Positions 26,476-40,507 of a stretch of 64,000 nucleotides of DNA are shown here, in pieces. The translations under genes were made by a program, and so were the position numbers. How positions within the stretch are numbered: position 1 is the stretch's first letter; every line of letters starts with the position of its first letter. Under the pieces are notes generated by a model. It saw nothing but the letters and a program-made list of their open reading frames with translations. It did not search any database and was not told where the DNA came from. The stretch comes from Trichosphaerium sp. ATCC 40318 (lineage: Eukaryota; Protista; Tubulinea): assembly GCA_038496445.1 (NCBI GenBank), contig JALMLS010000491.1:1-64000 (forward strand). Direction: 5' to 3'.

Positions 26476-27550
26476 TTACTTTTGTAGAGCGATGCTGCCT
26501 TTCTAATGTATTTTTCAAAGACTGTAACATCCTGAGCACCTTTCAGAGTTATCTTGCTTGCCGTGCTAGTAAAAATAAAAGTTTAATATACGGAGATAAC
26601 GTGTACAACCAAATACCAAAAAATGTAAAAAAAGTGCCTTGATTGTAACGAACATTGTTGTCAAAAAAAAAAGTATTCTCAGTTACACAAGTCTTATGCA
26701 ATAAGATTCTAATGTACCTGTCATCACTAATAAAAGAAAAATGTGGTACACCAACGATATTGTTATCCCTTGCATCCTCAACAGCATCTGTGACCCATTT
26801 CTTAATATTTTTATCTTTCATTTTTTCAGTTGCGTTCTGAATACCAGCCTCTTCTGCTATACTAGCGAGTACCTACACCCATGAGTTCATGTCCCCATAA
26901 AACCTGAAACTAAAGCACCTCTAATTTGCCAATATCAAGACCCTGAACCCAGTATGCATCGAATATTGCATCAGAGACCTAAACTCAACTTTTAAAAAAA
27001 AATAAAATTTGAAGTTGTTTTTGGAACGTTGATTGCTTCGATCACGTGTACTTACCACATCCTGTTTTCCTTCTATGTATGCTATCCTAAGCAAAATATG
27101 CGAATTCAGCGAATTTGGCGCTATTGGCGGCACTTTAAAGTCAATACCAACTGAGGAGCCAGCTTTAGTTAAAAATCGTCCAAATCTATCTTTGTTAGAC
27201 CCCAGTCGCTTCAAAAATGCGTCAATTGAAACACCAGGCAAAGGAATACCAGGGCGAAGAATGTACGGTCGCCTAACAATCTAAATAAACAATTATCAGC
27301 AGAAATCGCTTTGGTACCGCTTAACATCATTGTAGACGTAAAATAGACGGTTATCTAGCGCTATTGTAAGAAACGTACCGAAATATCGTATTTGTCGCTT
27401 ATTCGCTTAATGGCGTCTTGAAGACTCTTCTCTGCTACATAACACCATCTTTTACATTGTTATTTTAAACGTTTAAGCTTTAAACAAAGCGTACGGGCAC
27501 ACAGTGTCAGAAGTTATGACAATTGTTATTTTTTGGCGTGAGCTGCTCAT
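26476..27550 (-). CDS. DsbA/FrnE-like thioredoxin-fold oxidoreductase
   Basis: SDTVCP/WCY (CxxC split by an intron), PNSLNSH, GVPHF and GAQD. Confidence 0.88.
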
Positions 27551-28109
27551 CGTTGATAGTAGTAAAGGGTTTGGTGAACACTATGTTAAGCCTGATTAGT
27601 AAAGGCACGTGCACTATTGCAACATTTGCCAAGCAACCAACCACGTGTTAATGCTGCCATTTAACAATTACCACATTACGAATACATCTATAGTTTAGGT
27701 TGCATACTTTTTTTCGGATTAAACCAGACGTTACAATCCTTCAGCAATGACCAAGACCTGTCTGAGAAGTCATTTAAGAGTTCAGTAATGAGTACTCAAG
27801 GGTAAGAAACTCTAGGAATACTTCAAAGACTTGAAACCACAGCAGTTTTTTTTGTTTTTTCTTGAAACTGCGACGATGATTGCCAAGCACGTGCCAACTT
27901 TATTACCCTATTTTGGCGTTCTGTTGCTAACATAGTTCTCGAGTATCTTTGGTACCACCATGATACATCTTGACAGTTCGTACAAAACAGTAATTCCAAG
28001 GAAACTGAACTTCGTCGTTTTTGTCGTCATTTTCTCCGCAGAAAACTCCACCTCGTCACTTAAATCATAACAAAATAGTGAACACGGAAGCATCATCTCG
28101 TAAGATACA

Positions 28110-29284
28110 ATGACATCAAAAGTAGCAGTTATAATAGGCGCTGGACCAGGTAAAAGTCAAAAAATTTTAAAATACCGTTATATTAACTCTTACGCTATTT
28201 TAGGTATTGGTGGATGTACAGCGAAGCGTTTCGCAAGCGAAGGGTATAAAATAGCTCTAGTGTCGAGGAAAAAAGATACTCTTACGCCTACTGAGGTAAT
28301 ACAGTGTATGTGCTTACGTAGGAGCTAATGTTATTGCCTAGAAAGAAATTGTAGCCAATGGAGGAACTGCCATTTCAGTTACAGCTGACGCAACAAGCGA
28401 GGAGTCGCTTATATCCGCTTTTAAAGAAATAGTACAAAAATTAGGGTAAGAAATGGTCTGTTTGTTATTAAAAGACTTAATGAGTCCTTTAACTTGTTGT
28501 AGGCATCCTGAAGTACTCGTATACAATCCAAGTTTTTTCATAAGTACGTATGGAAGCGCTCTAAATGTTGAAATGTCAGAAAACGAGTTGATTTTTTTTG
28601 TTTATTTTTTTTGGCTTCTTGCTGACGTTGTGACTTAGAGAGTAGTATTCTTGATATAAAAAGGGCAGATATGGAAAAAGCCTTAAATATGGGATGTCTA
28701 GGACCTCTTTGTGCAGCACAACAAGTGCTACCAAAAATGGTAGAAGGAAAAAAAGGTTCGAACCGAATCCAATCTATTTTTCTGATTTTTTTCTTTGTTT
28801 TGACACGTGACGTATACAGTATTTTTTGTGTCTATCCCCTCTTTGAATTAAGCACTGATTTATTCGTGTAGGCACAATTATTTTCACAGGAGCTACAGCC
28901 TCTCTTAGAGGAGGTGCTAAATTTGCTGCTTTTGCAACTCAAAAATTTGCTATGCGAGCTTTGGCTCAATCTATGGCTCGTGAGTTTGGCCCAAAAGGTG
29001 TTCATGTAGTGCATTCCATCATAGGTATGATACGCTGTTTAATATTAACCAGGTTATTAACGATATCAAACTAGATGGCGTTGTGGATGGACCCAATTAC
29101 GTATCAGATCTTGACTTGAATAAAAAAATGAAGCCAGAGTCAATTGCAAAAGCTTATTGGCAATTACATGATCAAGATCCATCTGTTTGGACTCTAGGTA
29201 TTTAATATTATCTATAGCGTAACTGTGTGTATTAACTATATTGCTTTAGAGCTTGATATGAGACCATATGTTGAGAAATTCTAA
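28110..29284 (+). CDS. Short-chain dehydrogenase/reductase
   Basis: GAGPGIG, FTGATASLRG, KFAMRALAQSMAREFGPKGVHV and ELDMRPYVEKF. Confidence 0.93.
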
Positions 29285-29448
29285 GAACTTAATAAATTGT
29301 TACCACAACTAGTATACTGTTGCAGCAAAAAATTTGAATATCTTCCTCCAAAAATGTGCAAGAGCACCTGAATCTCGGTTGAGTGTTGAGTACAGAAACA
29401 GCAGCGCCGGTACAGACAAGTGCAATATGTAGTCAATATCCCTAGCCT

Positions 29449-29698
29449 GGGTTTGCACTACCTTGCCCGAAATTGATTAGAGCCGATTGACTTAAAATGA
29501 GCTATTATTATCTGCAGAAATATTGTACAAAAGGGGTCAAAAGCACGCGATTTCTTACAACATGCCGTCGAAATTCGCAAAATGTAGTGCAACCCTTATC
29601 TTCTAGTGGACGGTAAATTCATGTTCGGTTAATATGGGTACTGTTTATTCTCTGATTACGGATTTGTAGGCTAAATGTCTCGAACAGTGCAACCCTTA
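29449..29698. mobile_element. Possible MITE remnant with short inverted ends
   Basis: gggtttgcactac (29449) versus gtagtgcaaccc (29584); a second agtgcaaccctta at 29686. Confidence 0.3.
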
Positions 29699-30195
29699 GA
29701 ATACCGTTGGTGATTGTAACAACTGATAATTAACAGCTGACTTCTGGGTATAGTTGCTTTACGAGGATTAGTTGCACCAGTAAGGAATATCTCATCTATT
29801 TACGAGGTTCCTTCCTGAAGTCAACATTAATTCAACGACTTCATAAACGTTTAGTTAAGTGTGCTAATCAATAGTTTAGTTTTTTGCCAAGATTAAGGTA
29901 GATACCTAGCTTTTAATGTCGTTACACTACAATGGAAAACCAGACGAGGTATTAAACACTATTTTAAGGGTAAGGAGAGCTTATTCGTAATAAACACAGA
30001 TCAAAACAAACTAACATGGCTAAAGATACTACCAATAAGTACGTTATACATAGAAAACCACATTTAACGGGTGTTTTATAGAATTAAAAAAAACAAACAA
30101 GCGAATCGCTCTAACTCAGGTACGATTTATTTTCAGCCCTTGTGTTCTACTTTTTTAGCGTTTTTTACCATTTTCGAGTTTAAAAGCTGGTTTGA

Positions 30196-31911
30196 TGGCT
30201 TCAAGCACCGTTACATCAGTTTTTTGATTGTATGCCTTATGCTATCTGTGATTGTTTTTTATGGCTATACCAGTATTTGAAACTGTCACGTGACTTGGTT
30301 TTTCGTAGATCGAAAGAATGACAAAATAATTTACTTCGATTCATTGTTTCCACTTGAGATTTGGGATATTATTGTTAGTTATCTACCTAAATGCTCTTCA
30401 AGTCATTTATCTATGACTTGGGTTTGTAAAACGTTCTTTCAAATGTTTAGTAGTAGAGCACCTGCTGAAGGTACAAGAGAAAGAAAACTAAAATGCTGTT
30501 TGTGGTTGATTAGTTTGTTTTTCTTTAGGATGTTACAACATGAGTTTCTACAACTGGAAGTACACTGCCTCTTTAACAATTATGCAAAAAGGTACCCAAG
30601 GGAATAAGTAAAAGGGTTTTGGATGATTAATAGCTTTTAGAAAAGTTAGTGGATGTCAAGATGTCACCGAAACTATACTTAAAAAATATTATGCGAAAAG
30701 TAATTAAGAAGAAAAAACGTCCAACTCCTGCTTTGGATGTGCTAAAACAACCTGAACAACCAAAAATAAGCAATGTGACTTTTGATTTTCAAGTGATTGT
30801 TGTTGGCAATAGAGGGATAGGTTCGTGTAATACAAAAAGACTTAACAAGATCATAAATGTGATAGGAATATCTACTTTTATCAACAAGTTCACTGGAGAT
30901 GCTGAACGAATTCCTGCTAATTATATCGGTGACTTTGAGATAGTAAGTGTTAATGAAATCAACAGCTTCATATTTTCATCGACACTAACATTAGTTCTAG
31001 GCAATAAAGACAATACAATATAAAGACAATAACTTTGCATTTTTTATGGTACACTCATCTCTTTTTTTTTTTTTATGAGTCCTGTCATTTCTTGTTTTTA
31101 CGTTTTGGGCAGGCCCTTAACAATAAAGTAGTCTAGTACTGTGAAGAATTAAACAGTACATTGTCAAAGTATATTACTCCATACTAGACACATGATTGTT
31201 GCAATTTAAATAAGTTGTACAAGTTAGTTTATTAGTTTTTGTAGCATGATTTTGTTGGAGGATACAAGGAATTTAGACCACCTAGAAGCTATACAAACGC
31301 AGACATACTATTAATATGTGAAGATCCAACTGATGGAGGATATTGTACGTAGTATTTTGTGTTTTCCACCACGTGGCAAAAGTTTCTTAACTAATACTAG
31401 TAAAAAATATCCCAAATTGGATTAATGAAATACAGAGATATGGTAAGGAGGATTATATGATTATGTTAGTATGTTTAAAGTCTGATTTGCCAGTTGTAAA
31501 TAGCATTAGGCCAAAACTAAAGGTAAGGACGTCACTTTGACTTCCTCTTTTTTTTACTTTTTTGTACTTCAATGCTCAAAGAAATTGGTCTTTACTACCT
31601 CTTACATTTACAACACATGAGGTCATTGTGTTTTTACAAATACAACCACGTTCCGTGTTGTAGGATACTTTCTCAACATTAATCTCTCTTTTCTTATGAT
31701 TCCGTTCAAGTGAAGCTTACTGGTTTTTTTATAGGACGCTTGTGAAAAATATAATTTGTGCTGTATAGAAGTCAGTGGATTAACAGGAAAGAACATTGAC
31801 AAGTTATTCAATTACATAGCGAGGCAGTACTTAAATAAGCAGATTATGGGAAACGATGAAGACAACCACATAGATGGTTTTGATAGTCACTTGTTTCGAT
31901 GCGAGTATTGA
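30196..31911 (+). CDS. F-box - Rab-like GTPase fusion with degenerate G motifs (start uncertain)
   Basis: F-box FPLEIWDIIVSYL...WVCKTF; Rab-like VIVVGNRGIGIST, HDFVGG, NIPNWINEIQRY, LKSDL and EVSGLTGKNIDKLF. Confidence 0.8.
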
Positions 31912-32801
31912 AAATAAACGACAGCAAACAAATTTTAACTTATGGACTGTATATGTGTTACTTCACTTTTGTACGCTATTCTAAAGCAGTAAGGTAAATA
32001 GTACTTATACACTTGTGAACATGCTCATGACAGCTACCCAAAATTATGGGTCTTAAATGTAGCCATAGACGTGATAAACAAAACATTCATGCTCATGTGC
32101 ATTGATGTGATAATGATATGTTTGTGAATACCTTCCAAATCAGAAACCTGGCAACGCTAAGGCATGTCCCATTCTTCAAGTGTGCCCAACGTGCTTCACA
32201 AAAAAGTGTCAAATAACATTCCCTAGGTGTTGTCTTCCATTGGTTCTATGTCAGTTATCATGTACATTAACCTTATCTAAAGTTAGATAAGCAAGTACAA
32301 GTTAACAAAACCTAGGACAAGTACAACAATGTTTGGCTTAATAATAGACACTGCTTTTAATAAGTAGTCTGCTACTCAGTGCTCAAGAAACAAATTGGTT
32401 GTAATGAAAGTTTTGCCACAATTGCAACAAGTTCTTCTGGGTTCTCTTTAAAGAATGTGAGTGGTCTATGGTACACTAACTCATGATTTATGCAAGGGGT
32501 TATGTGGTAATTTACTGTGAAGAGGAGTATGAATACGTATGTCTAACCATTAACTACCAACTTAATAAAATTTGTTAAGCGACGATCCAGAATGCAAGCT
32601 GTCAACTAATATTGCCAAAAAAGGGTAATAGATTTATTGTTTTTAAATGTGTGATGTTATTGAATTATTTTTGTACATAAGCGTTTGGTGTAGGTAGCAA
32701 TCTTTCATAAAGAGAAAAAATTTTTTTTGATAAATGTTGGGTTAATTTTGGGAATAGTAGTCTCCTCATGTGGTTTTTTTGGGTTTTAATGGTGAAGACC
32801 A

Positions 32802-35153
32802 TCACTCATCAAATTCATGGCTTTTTCCAGGTAGAGATTGTGTTACTGAAGCAAGGTAACATCCGGAAGATGCTGATCTTATAAGTTGTCGTCTTCTTGC
32901 ACGATTACGCCTCTCAGTCTGTTTCAAAATATCTGAAAGTGCAACATAGATAAAGTTATACTGATCTTTGTTTTGCACCATACCTGTTTTGAAAAAAACA
33001 CAATCAATATCAAACACATAAAAAACAACCAAGCACATAATGTAAAAAAACACAAAAGAGAAAAAAAGACAACCACCCACAGTAACAAAGAATAAAAGAA
33101 AAAAAAAACATTTTGTATTTTTTTTTCAATGTGATAAAAACAAAGCAGGTGTAAAGGACTAAGTTAAACGTACCAACACGTTGACTTCGTAGATGTAGCA
33201 CAGTATCTTTAACATCTATTTTGGCACCTCTTTGGGCTTCATGTACAAGCATGTGTATAGCTACAAATGTACCAGTACGTCCAATCCCAGCGCTGCAATG
33301 ACAAACAACAGGTCTCTTTTGTTCACGTCGGATATCCAACTCACGTATTAGACTATAAATAACATTTGTATCAGTAGGTACGCCAAAATCTACATAACAC
33401 AGTTAAACAAAGAGTAACAGTTTAAAACAACAAGACACCCAACACGTGCATGCAGATAGTTCACTGAAAAGTGACTTTCAAAAAGCCATTTTTAGTAATT
33501 TTTTTTGTTACTCGGATTGAATACTGCACGTGTTTTTTTCAAGTAGTTGGATAATAGAAAAAAAAAATGAGATTTCGGGTTTATGTACCTGGCCACCCTA
33601 CAAATTGAATTTGTGTAGCTTCATGTGCGGTAATAGGGACGGTTTCAGTCAGTTTAAACTAAGAAAAAAAAAGATTTAGATTCATGAACCGTTAATAAAA
33701 TACCCACTACTCAAACATAGTTACGCGCTAAAAAATATAAAATTGCACTACGCGAGTACATGGCTAGAATTCCACAACCTCCCAGAAAGCCGTTTCATTG
33801 AATGTTTAAAAAATTAACTAGCGTGATCAAAAACAAATATAATCGTGTACCTCTTCGTCTTCAGATTCGCTACTAGAAAGTGCGTCTTCTGAAAACGCAC
33901 TAAGATCCTCTTGATAATAAATGAGGAATTTCCTTACAATGATCAAATCACCACGCTTCTTTACGCTTGTACATTGAACTCTCATTTTACCGTAGGTTTG
34001 TGTTTTACCTTCTTCAGGCCAATAAACATGTGCCTAAAAAAACAAGTAAATTACATCATACTACGCGAGCAAGTAGCCAAAAGGATTAGAAAAAATCTAT
34101 TTGTTATATACCTTTACGCGGTTACCACGCTCAACTGTTTTAGTTAACATAAGAATCACCGAAGCATTTTGTTCCCATACCTATTCAACTACTCAGAAAA
34201 ATCACTACGCGCTTTACACGCTCCAAAAGAAACAAAAAACGCGCCACAACCTATGGTGGTAGCCACACATTGGTCTGTTTATCAGTGTTGCAATTTAAAA
34301 TAAAATACGAACTCACCATGCGCCAGAAATCACCAAATGTCTTAGGCAATGGAGCTTGACAGCATATGTAGCATTGATCTTCGACACCAAGTTTACTTGC
34401 TTTACCCTTTACGTGACTTGCATTTATGTACTCGGAGCCTTTATGCCCATCATTCTTTAGTTTAACCTACGAAATAGAACTGTCAGACGAAGAAAAACAG
34501 TATGACGACACTGCAACCCGATAAGTTCAAAAAAAAAAAAAGAATTGTAGAATAGGGTTTTATCGATAAAAACGTAAAATACTATTGCGTCAATGCAGTG
34601 GTAAGTATCAAAACTGTAAAAACTATCTTTGAGTATTCAGCAAAAAAGTGGGTTCTGCTGATTGTCTTGTGGATGGAATCAAGGCGTTTAAAAGGGTCGT
34701 ACAGCTGTTTTTTCAAAGGGGATAACGTTGCCGTATCTATTTGTTCGTTAATACGGCCAATCAAGTAAGTCTTGAATGCAATGAAAATGGAGGTGTATAT
34801 TACCTGTTTTTACTCTTATTAGGGGATTTCAAAGCGTCTTCAGCGAAATCCTTCCTTTCGCAATATTATAAGCTGTATACGTATAGAAATGATTGTTTGG
34901 GGTGTTGACAATACTTTTTGATCATTTTCAAAGGCAGACGTATTGGTACGAAGAGGAAACGGACAATTGCCAAAAATGAAGCTAAATAATACTCTATCGT
35001 ACTCGATGTGTCGCTTGCGAACTTCTCTAAACTCTGAATAGATCTTTTTCATGTCTTGCTCGCTCAAAGTAACCATATTTTCGTCCTTTCTCATCTTCTT
35101 GGCGTGTTGCTTCGCCACGGTAATACCACCGCATGATTGAGCGAGTTCTCCAT
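32802..35153 (-). CDS. Classical protein tyrosine phosphatase
   Basis: KNR, YINASHV, YICCQAPL, WPDFGVP, HCSAGIGRTG and MVQNKDQY. Confidence 0.95.
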
Positions 35154-35403
35154 GTGCTATTTGATTACGTTATAATTTTTTACTACAAAGCAGTTATTTG
35201 TAATGCGTACTGTTCAGGGACACCGAGCGAGTTGCTATTGACATGTTTTAACTACTTGTTTACTAAATATAGGCAGTCTACGAAAGTCTTACTTTTTTTT
35301 TTTGATCATCTTTTCACCGTTCTGCTTTGACAGCTACAAAAGCGGTTAATTTGATTACCAACTACTACATAACGATATAGTTTTGAACTGAAATACATAT
35401 AAC

Positions 35404-37822
35404 ATGGCAGCAGAAGGTTTATTGGCAAGCCTTGGTGTCGCTGGGATGGCAGGTACACGCTAACGATATCTCGTGAGTTTAGTATCCTCAATTACAGCAG
35501 GAAATCCCCTATTTGGTGCTGGTGCTGGTTTACTTGTACTTGGCTTCGGTCTAACTACTCTTGGTCGTGTATGTCAAGTATAATTATTTGTTACGCCTAA
35601 ACAATGCGTAGGCGTCTAGAGTGGGCGTTCAGCTGGCCAAACGCAGGTTTTTTGTGTCTCTTGAGGTACGTTATATTTATCTTATCTAAACCGCTTCAAA
35701 ATGAATGCATTGAAGTCACAACTGGATTTATGAGCGTCGTAGGTAACTAGAAAGGACCCAGCTTACCCATGGGTTCTAAAATGGATGGCAAAGAATAATA
35801 CGCATAGTAGACACTTGAGTCTAACCACCACGTAATCAGCAACATAATCAAATACAAAAAACAGCGAACTATTTTCTCTAAAACGAGTTTAACGGTCATA
35901 TTTGTTTTTATTTTTTCGCCTTTTTTGTTCGAAATTTTTTAGTCTGACGTGTTTTTATTTTAGTGTTAAAACTCTCAACAATGGTACTGTACGTTTAAAG
36001 TATAGAGATTTCGATACAACATAATATCTCTTTTTTATGTACAGGAGTATTAATTGGGGTGTAGCAATTGGCTAAGTATGATTTTTTTCCAAATGTCGGA
36101 CGACATTTTTTCCAGTTCAACAACACGTGGCTACAAGTAGAGAGGCTAAGAGAATCAGGATCAGTAGATAGAGAAGGACATGCGTGGGAAACTGTGAAAA
36201 TAACAACATTTGGTACGAGTGACAGGCAACAAAGAACTTTGCGATGTTTTATTTTTTTCTAACTTCTCCACAGCTTCGCAGAAGGATACAATCTTTGAGT
36301 TACTAGACTTATCAAGGAAGGCAGCTGTTCGAGAATTACAAGGTAAAATGATTGTTTATCAAGCAAGAGGACCTGAGTGGTTTGAATTTGGTAACCCAAG
36401 AAAGTAAGCCATGAAGCGCTTAAAAATATTAATTTGTGGTTTTTTTTAGTAAGAGACCTTTTAAGTCAGTTCTCTTAAAGGACGATGATGCAAACGAACT
36501 AAAAGAGGATGTTGAAGCGTTTTTGCAAAAATCTGAAAAATATCATGCTAGGGGAACCCCATACAGAAGAGGTTACTTACTCTATGGTCCACCTGGATGC
36601 GGAAAAACAAGTACGGTTTTTTTATTATTGGTACAGTGGAGCTGATTGATTTTCTCTTAGGTTTCATTCAGGCACTTGCTGGAGAACTTAATCATAATAT
36701 TTGCATTATGAACCTTGCTGATCGTACTCTAAGTGATGAGACTCTATGTTTGCTTCTTTCTACAGCACCAGAGAGGAGTATTATTTTATTGTACGAATTT
36801 TTTCTTGTAGTACTTTTCTTTTTGAGTGAGTCTGCTTGTCCTCGTAACTGACTGTCTGTGACAATGATTAACCCTGAAAGATCATTTAACAATCTGTTTT
36901 GGCTATTATTATTGTCAATGACAGTATGCACATTATGAGATCTGACGCGCAGTCAAAAACTACTTTATTTGGATTTATTCTCATTTTTTTCTTAAAGGGA
37001 AGATATTGATGCTGCATTTGCAAGTCGTGATGTTGCCAGAAAAATCGACGATGGTCCTCACGCACGCTTCTTAAACTTTGTCACTCTTTCAGGCCTTCTA
37101 AATGCATTGGATGGAGTTCCAGCAACAGAAGGTCGTATTGTATTTATGACAACAAACTACCCAGAGGTACAGCTCCACAATCATCTCACATAGCGCTATG
37201 TGAAGCACTATTTTTATACCTTAGAATTACAACGTACACGTGGGGTTGCAGTTGAATAACTGTACTTGACATGGAGTGTTGTCTTTCTTTCTTCCTGAGA
37301 GAAAACGTATTTCAACTCCAGTTTTTTTTTCAACGAAATTTATGCCTTGTACGATATTTGATACTGATGTATTATTGTTTAGCGGTTAGATCCAGCTCTT
37401 GTACGTCCTGGACGTGTAGACAAGAAGAAAAAGCTTGGATTAGCTATGAACTCACAAATTTCAAACTTGACTCGTCGATTTTATCCAGATGCAACTGATG
37501 ACCAAGTACAGGCATTTGTTGATAAGGTATGACAGCCATCTATGATATTTAGTTCTTTTACAATATTTATTTCAATTTTTGGTTTTATAAACACGTTTTG
37601 AGAATTTTTCTGGTTTTTTTCCGTTTTTTTGATGTTTTTTGATGTTAGGTTCCTGAAGACACAATGAGCCTTGCTCATCTTCAAGGTTATTTCTTGACTC
37701 ACGAAGATGACTTGAAAAAAGCTACTGATGCTTTTGATGAGTACTTCAAGAGTGAATTCAAAAATGATCAAAAAGTAGCACAGGATCAACAAGAAAGTGT
37801 TCAAAACAATATTTACAAATAA
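35404..37822 (+). CDS. BCS1: Mitochondrial AAA chaperone BCS1
   Basis: [50 protein letters not shown] and [12 protein letters not shown]. Confidence 0.96.
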
Positions 37823-38174
37823 TATTGTTTTCGAACAATACTCTTGGCTACTACCCTCCTTCCTTGTTTGGTAAACAGTTCAATACTGTATACATATGCC
37901 TGCGCACACCCCAAAGTAAAAGAGCCATTCAACATATATACCCTTTGGTATACATACATGCATGTTATTTATTGTAGAACAACAAGCAACAGTTTGCTAA
38001 AATAAAAATCTTGTTTTATTGAACCTTTGCTCAGAGCACCTATAGTTATCGCAATTGTTAAAACCTATTGGCTACTTTTAAAACTTTTTGTAGTGGTACC
38101 TGTTACTTTATCAATGGTACGTGTACCGCCACCAACAGTATTGATCGGCAAGAAATGTTGTATCATTCAGATTC

Positions 38175-40060
38175 GTAATTGTATAAGAACGCAGAATGCA
38201 CACCCCTAGTGTGAGCGCATACTATAGAACAAGGTGGTGTCATTAACTTAGGTGTATTCGCTACAATAAAAAAATAGTATAGTTCGTTAGAAGCTTTAGG
38301 ACAATAAAGAAACTACGATCTAAAAGGTAATTTGTTTTATTCTGACAAATATTGTCTTCTCGATTTGTTATCTATTCTAATACCAAGAGCACTGCAATTC
38401 TTACTTGAGTTCTCCAATTCTAGCAATACAGCCCTTGATAGCATGCGTCCATTCTGCTTCCTTAGGTCCACCAGGTTTCGCAACAGCTTTGTGCCATATT
38501 GGCTTTGCAATGTGCCCATTGTCAGCATAACGGCAGCCAGCAAACTTGGAAACAATGTCACCTTCTGTCAAATGCACTTCATATCTTATCACGCCAGCAT
38601 ACTTTTTGCTTTCACCGCACAGATTAAACAGATTGAACCAAGAATACACTCCAGGTGAATTAAATGAAGCGCCAGGGAGTGGTATTTCAGAAGCTACCAT
38701 TTCAGCAAGAGCTCCGCCAAGTGAGTGACCTTAAGGAAAACCAAAGTTAGTTTTTATTATTATTATTACAATGTGTTTAATGTCACTCTTGTTGTTTTTG
38801 TGTACCTGTAATAAAGTCAGGTTTCATGTCAGATTTCTTTGCTATGTCCACTGCACATGTTTTAGCCTTGCTGATTGTAGGTCCTGAGTAAATCAAAGAG
38901 AAATCTTGTACAACACCTACAAAGTATTTGAGTACATCAATTTCTTAACCAAAAATCAGAAAAAAAACTCACCAAATAGCGAATCCGTTCCTCTGAGTGC
39001 AAGTATCCTCTTGTTCTTGTACTTGCCCTTTAGAACCAAGTACAATCCATATTGAATAAAGTTACCACTTGTAAAATACTCAGTCTGTTTTTTTAGGTTC
39101 CTCAAATGATCCTTAAACTTGCCCTCCTCTTTGAAGTCGTATACGTCTTGTGAACATGCCAGCAATAATTGTCTAATATTGTCATCTTCCAAAGGAAGTG
39201 TGAATTTAGCAGGATGCTTGTCTTTAGGTTCTTTTTTGAGGATATCTTTCAAGCTTGGTGCTTTCTTGTCGGGGTTTATCCACTCCTTTAGATTTGGTTT
39301 CTCTCCGTTGTCCTTCTTTGTTGGTTTAGACTTTGGGTCATTCTTCTTAGGTGCTTTAGACATTTGGTTTTAGTTGTTGTTGTAGTGGTTGTGATGGTTG
39401 AGATGATTGAGATTTATACTTGCTTGATGAATTGTTGTTTTTTCCCGGTGAACTGCTCACGTGACATTTCACGTGAACAGATAAATCTACCTATGATCGA
39501 GTCAGGAGAAAGCTAACTATTTCTATGTAATTTTTGGGTGGTGTTACCAACTTGAACAATTTTCCCGCAAAAAAAAAATAGTTTTCCCGTAGAAATGTTT
39601 GCACCCGTTTTGGCTTACCAGCTGAAGTAATCCTAAATCAAGACTTGTAACGTTTTGACTGTAGCCCTTGTGTAATAAGACCTAGCTCCCTAGGTGCCTT
39701 TTGTATTCTTTTAGGTATGTACGCAAAGAATTTGTGCATAGATACAAGTACAGTTTATTTACAAGAGGTATTAAAGGTGAGATAACGTTAAAACCTCAAA
39801 GAAAATTACAAGCGCTTCCACAGTATCTTACGTTGAGTGTACGGTATTAGTATAGCGTAGTAGTATGTTTTAGAGTATAAGAGACAACTGATGAACGTTA
39901 GAGGACGTCAACAGAACTGCTAACAATGTACAAAAATAAAATAATGGTTAAAAACACGTGGATTTTAGTTTTCCAGAACTGACAAGATCTGTAAGATCTT
40001 GTAGTTTTTAACAGATCTTGCAAGAACTAACAAGATCGATCTTGTAGTTTTTAACGGAGC
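38175..40060. repeat. Left arm of second inverted duplication (lipase gene plus upstream DNA)
   Basis: Reverse complement matches 54770-55220 plus 56399-57866; more diverged than the first inverted repeat. Confidence 0.92.
38401..39363 (-). CDS. Class 3 lipase (3 exons)
   Basis: LALRGTD, ITG/HSLGGALA, FNSPG, GDIVS; Lys-rich N-terminus. Confidence 0.9.
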
Positions 40061-40507
40061 TATAATACCCAAACTATAAAGTATCATGGTAACCAGTATT
40101 ATGACTCATTCACCAATTATCACCAACGTGATGTAGCGTACAGCTTGCTACATGCTTTAATTGCAGCTCCAACATCAGTGAATTCGTGAGCAGAAAAGCC
40201 TGTGCTTCTCGTTAAGGAAGAATCCATGATTTTTATCAAATCCAATGAGTTGCCAGCAGTGTCCATTACAGTTACTGTAAATGATAGGGCCTACTTACGT
40301 CAAGCAAGACTTAAGTAGCGAACTTAACTAGCACACAAAAAAACGTTTAGAGACGCCAGGCGTCAAATCATTAATTTGTTTTATTATACTTCAAATACGT
40401 AAGAACTACGCAGTACCAATACATTCAAAGGCAAAACCCCTGACACAGACTTTAATTAGGCTTTTACATTTTGATTCTCGCTGGAACGTTATCTGTTGCT
40501 TTGTACA

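Noticed and set aside
39980-40055. CRISPR-like array in the AGATCT repeats (also the PTT arrays)
   Set aside because: Irregular repeats without unique spacers; eukaryotic context and no cas genes.
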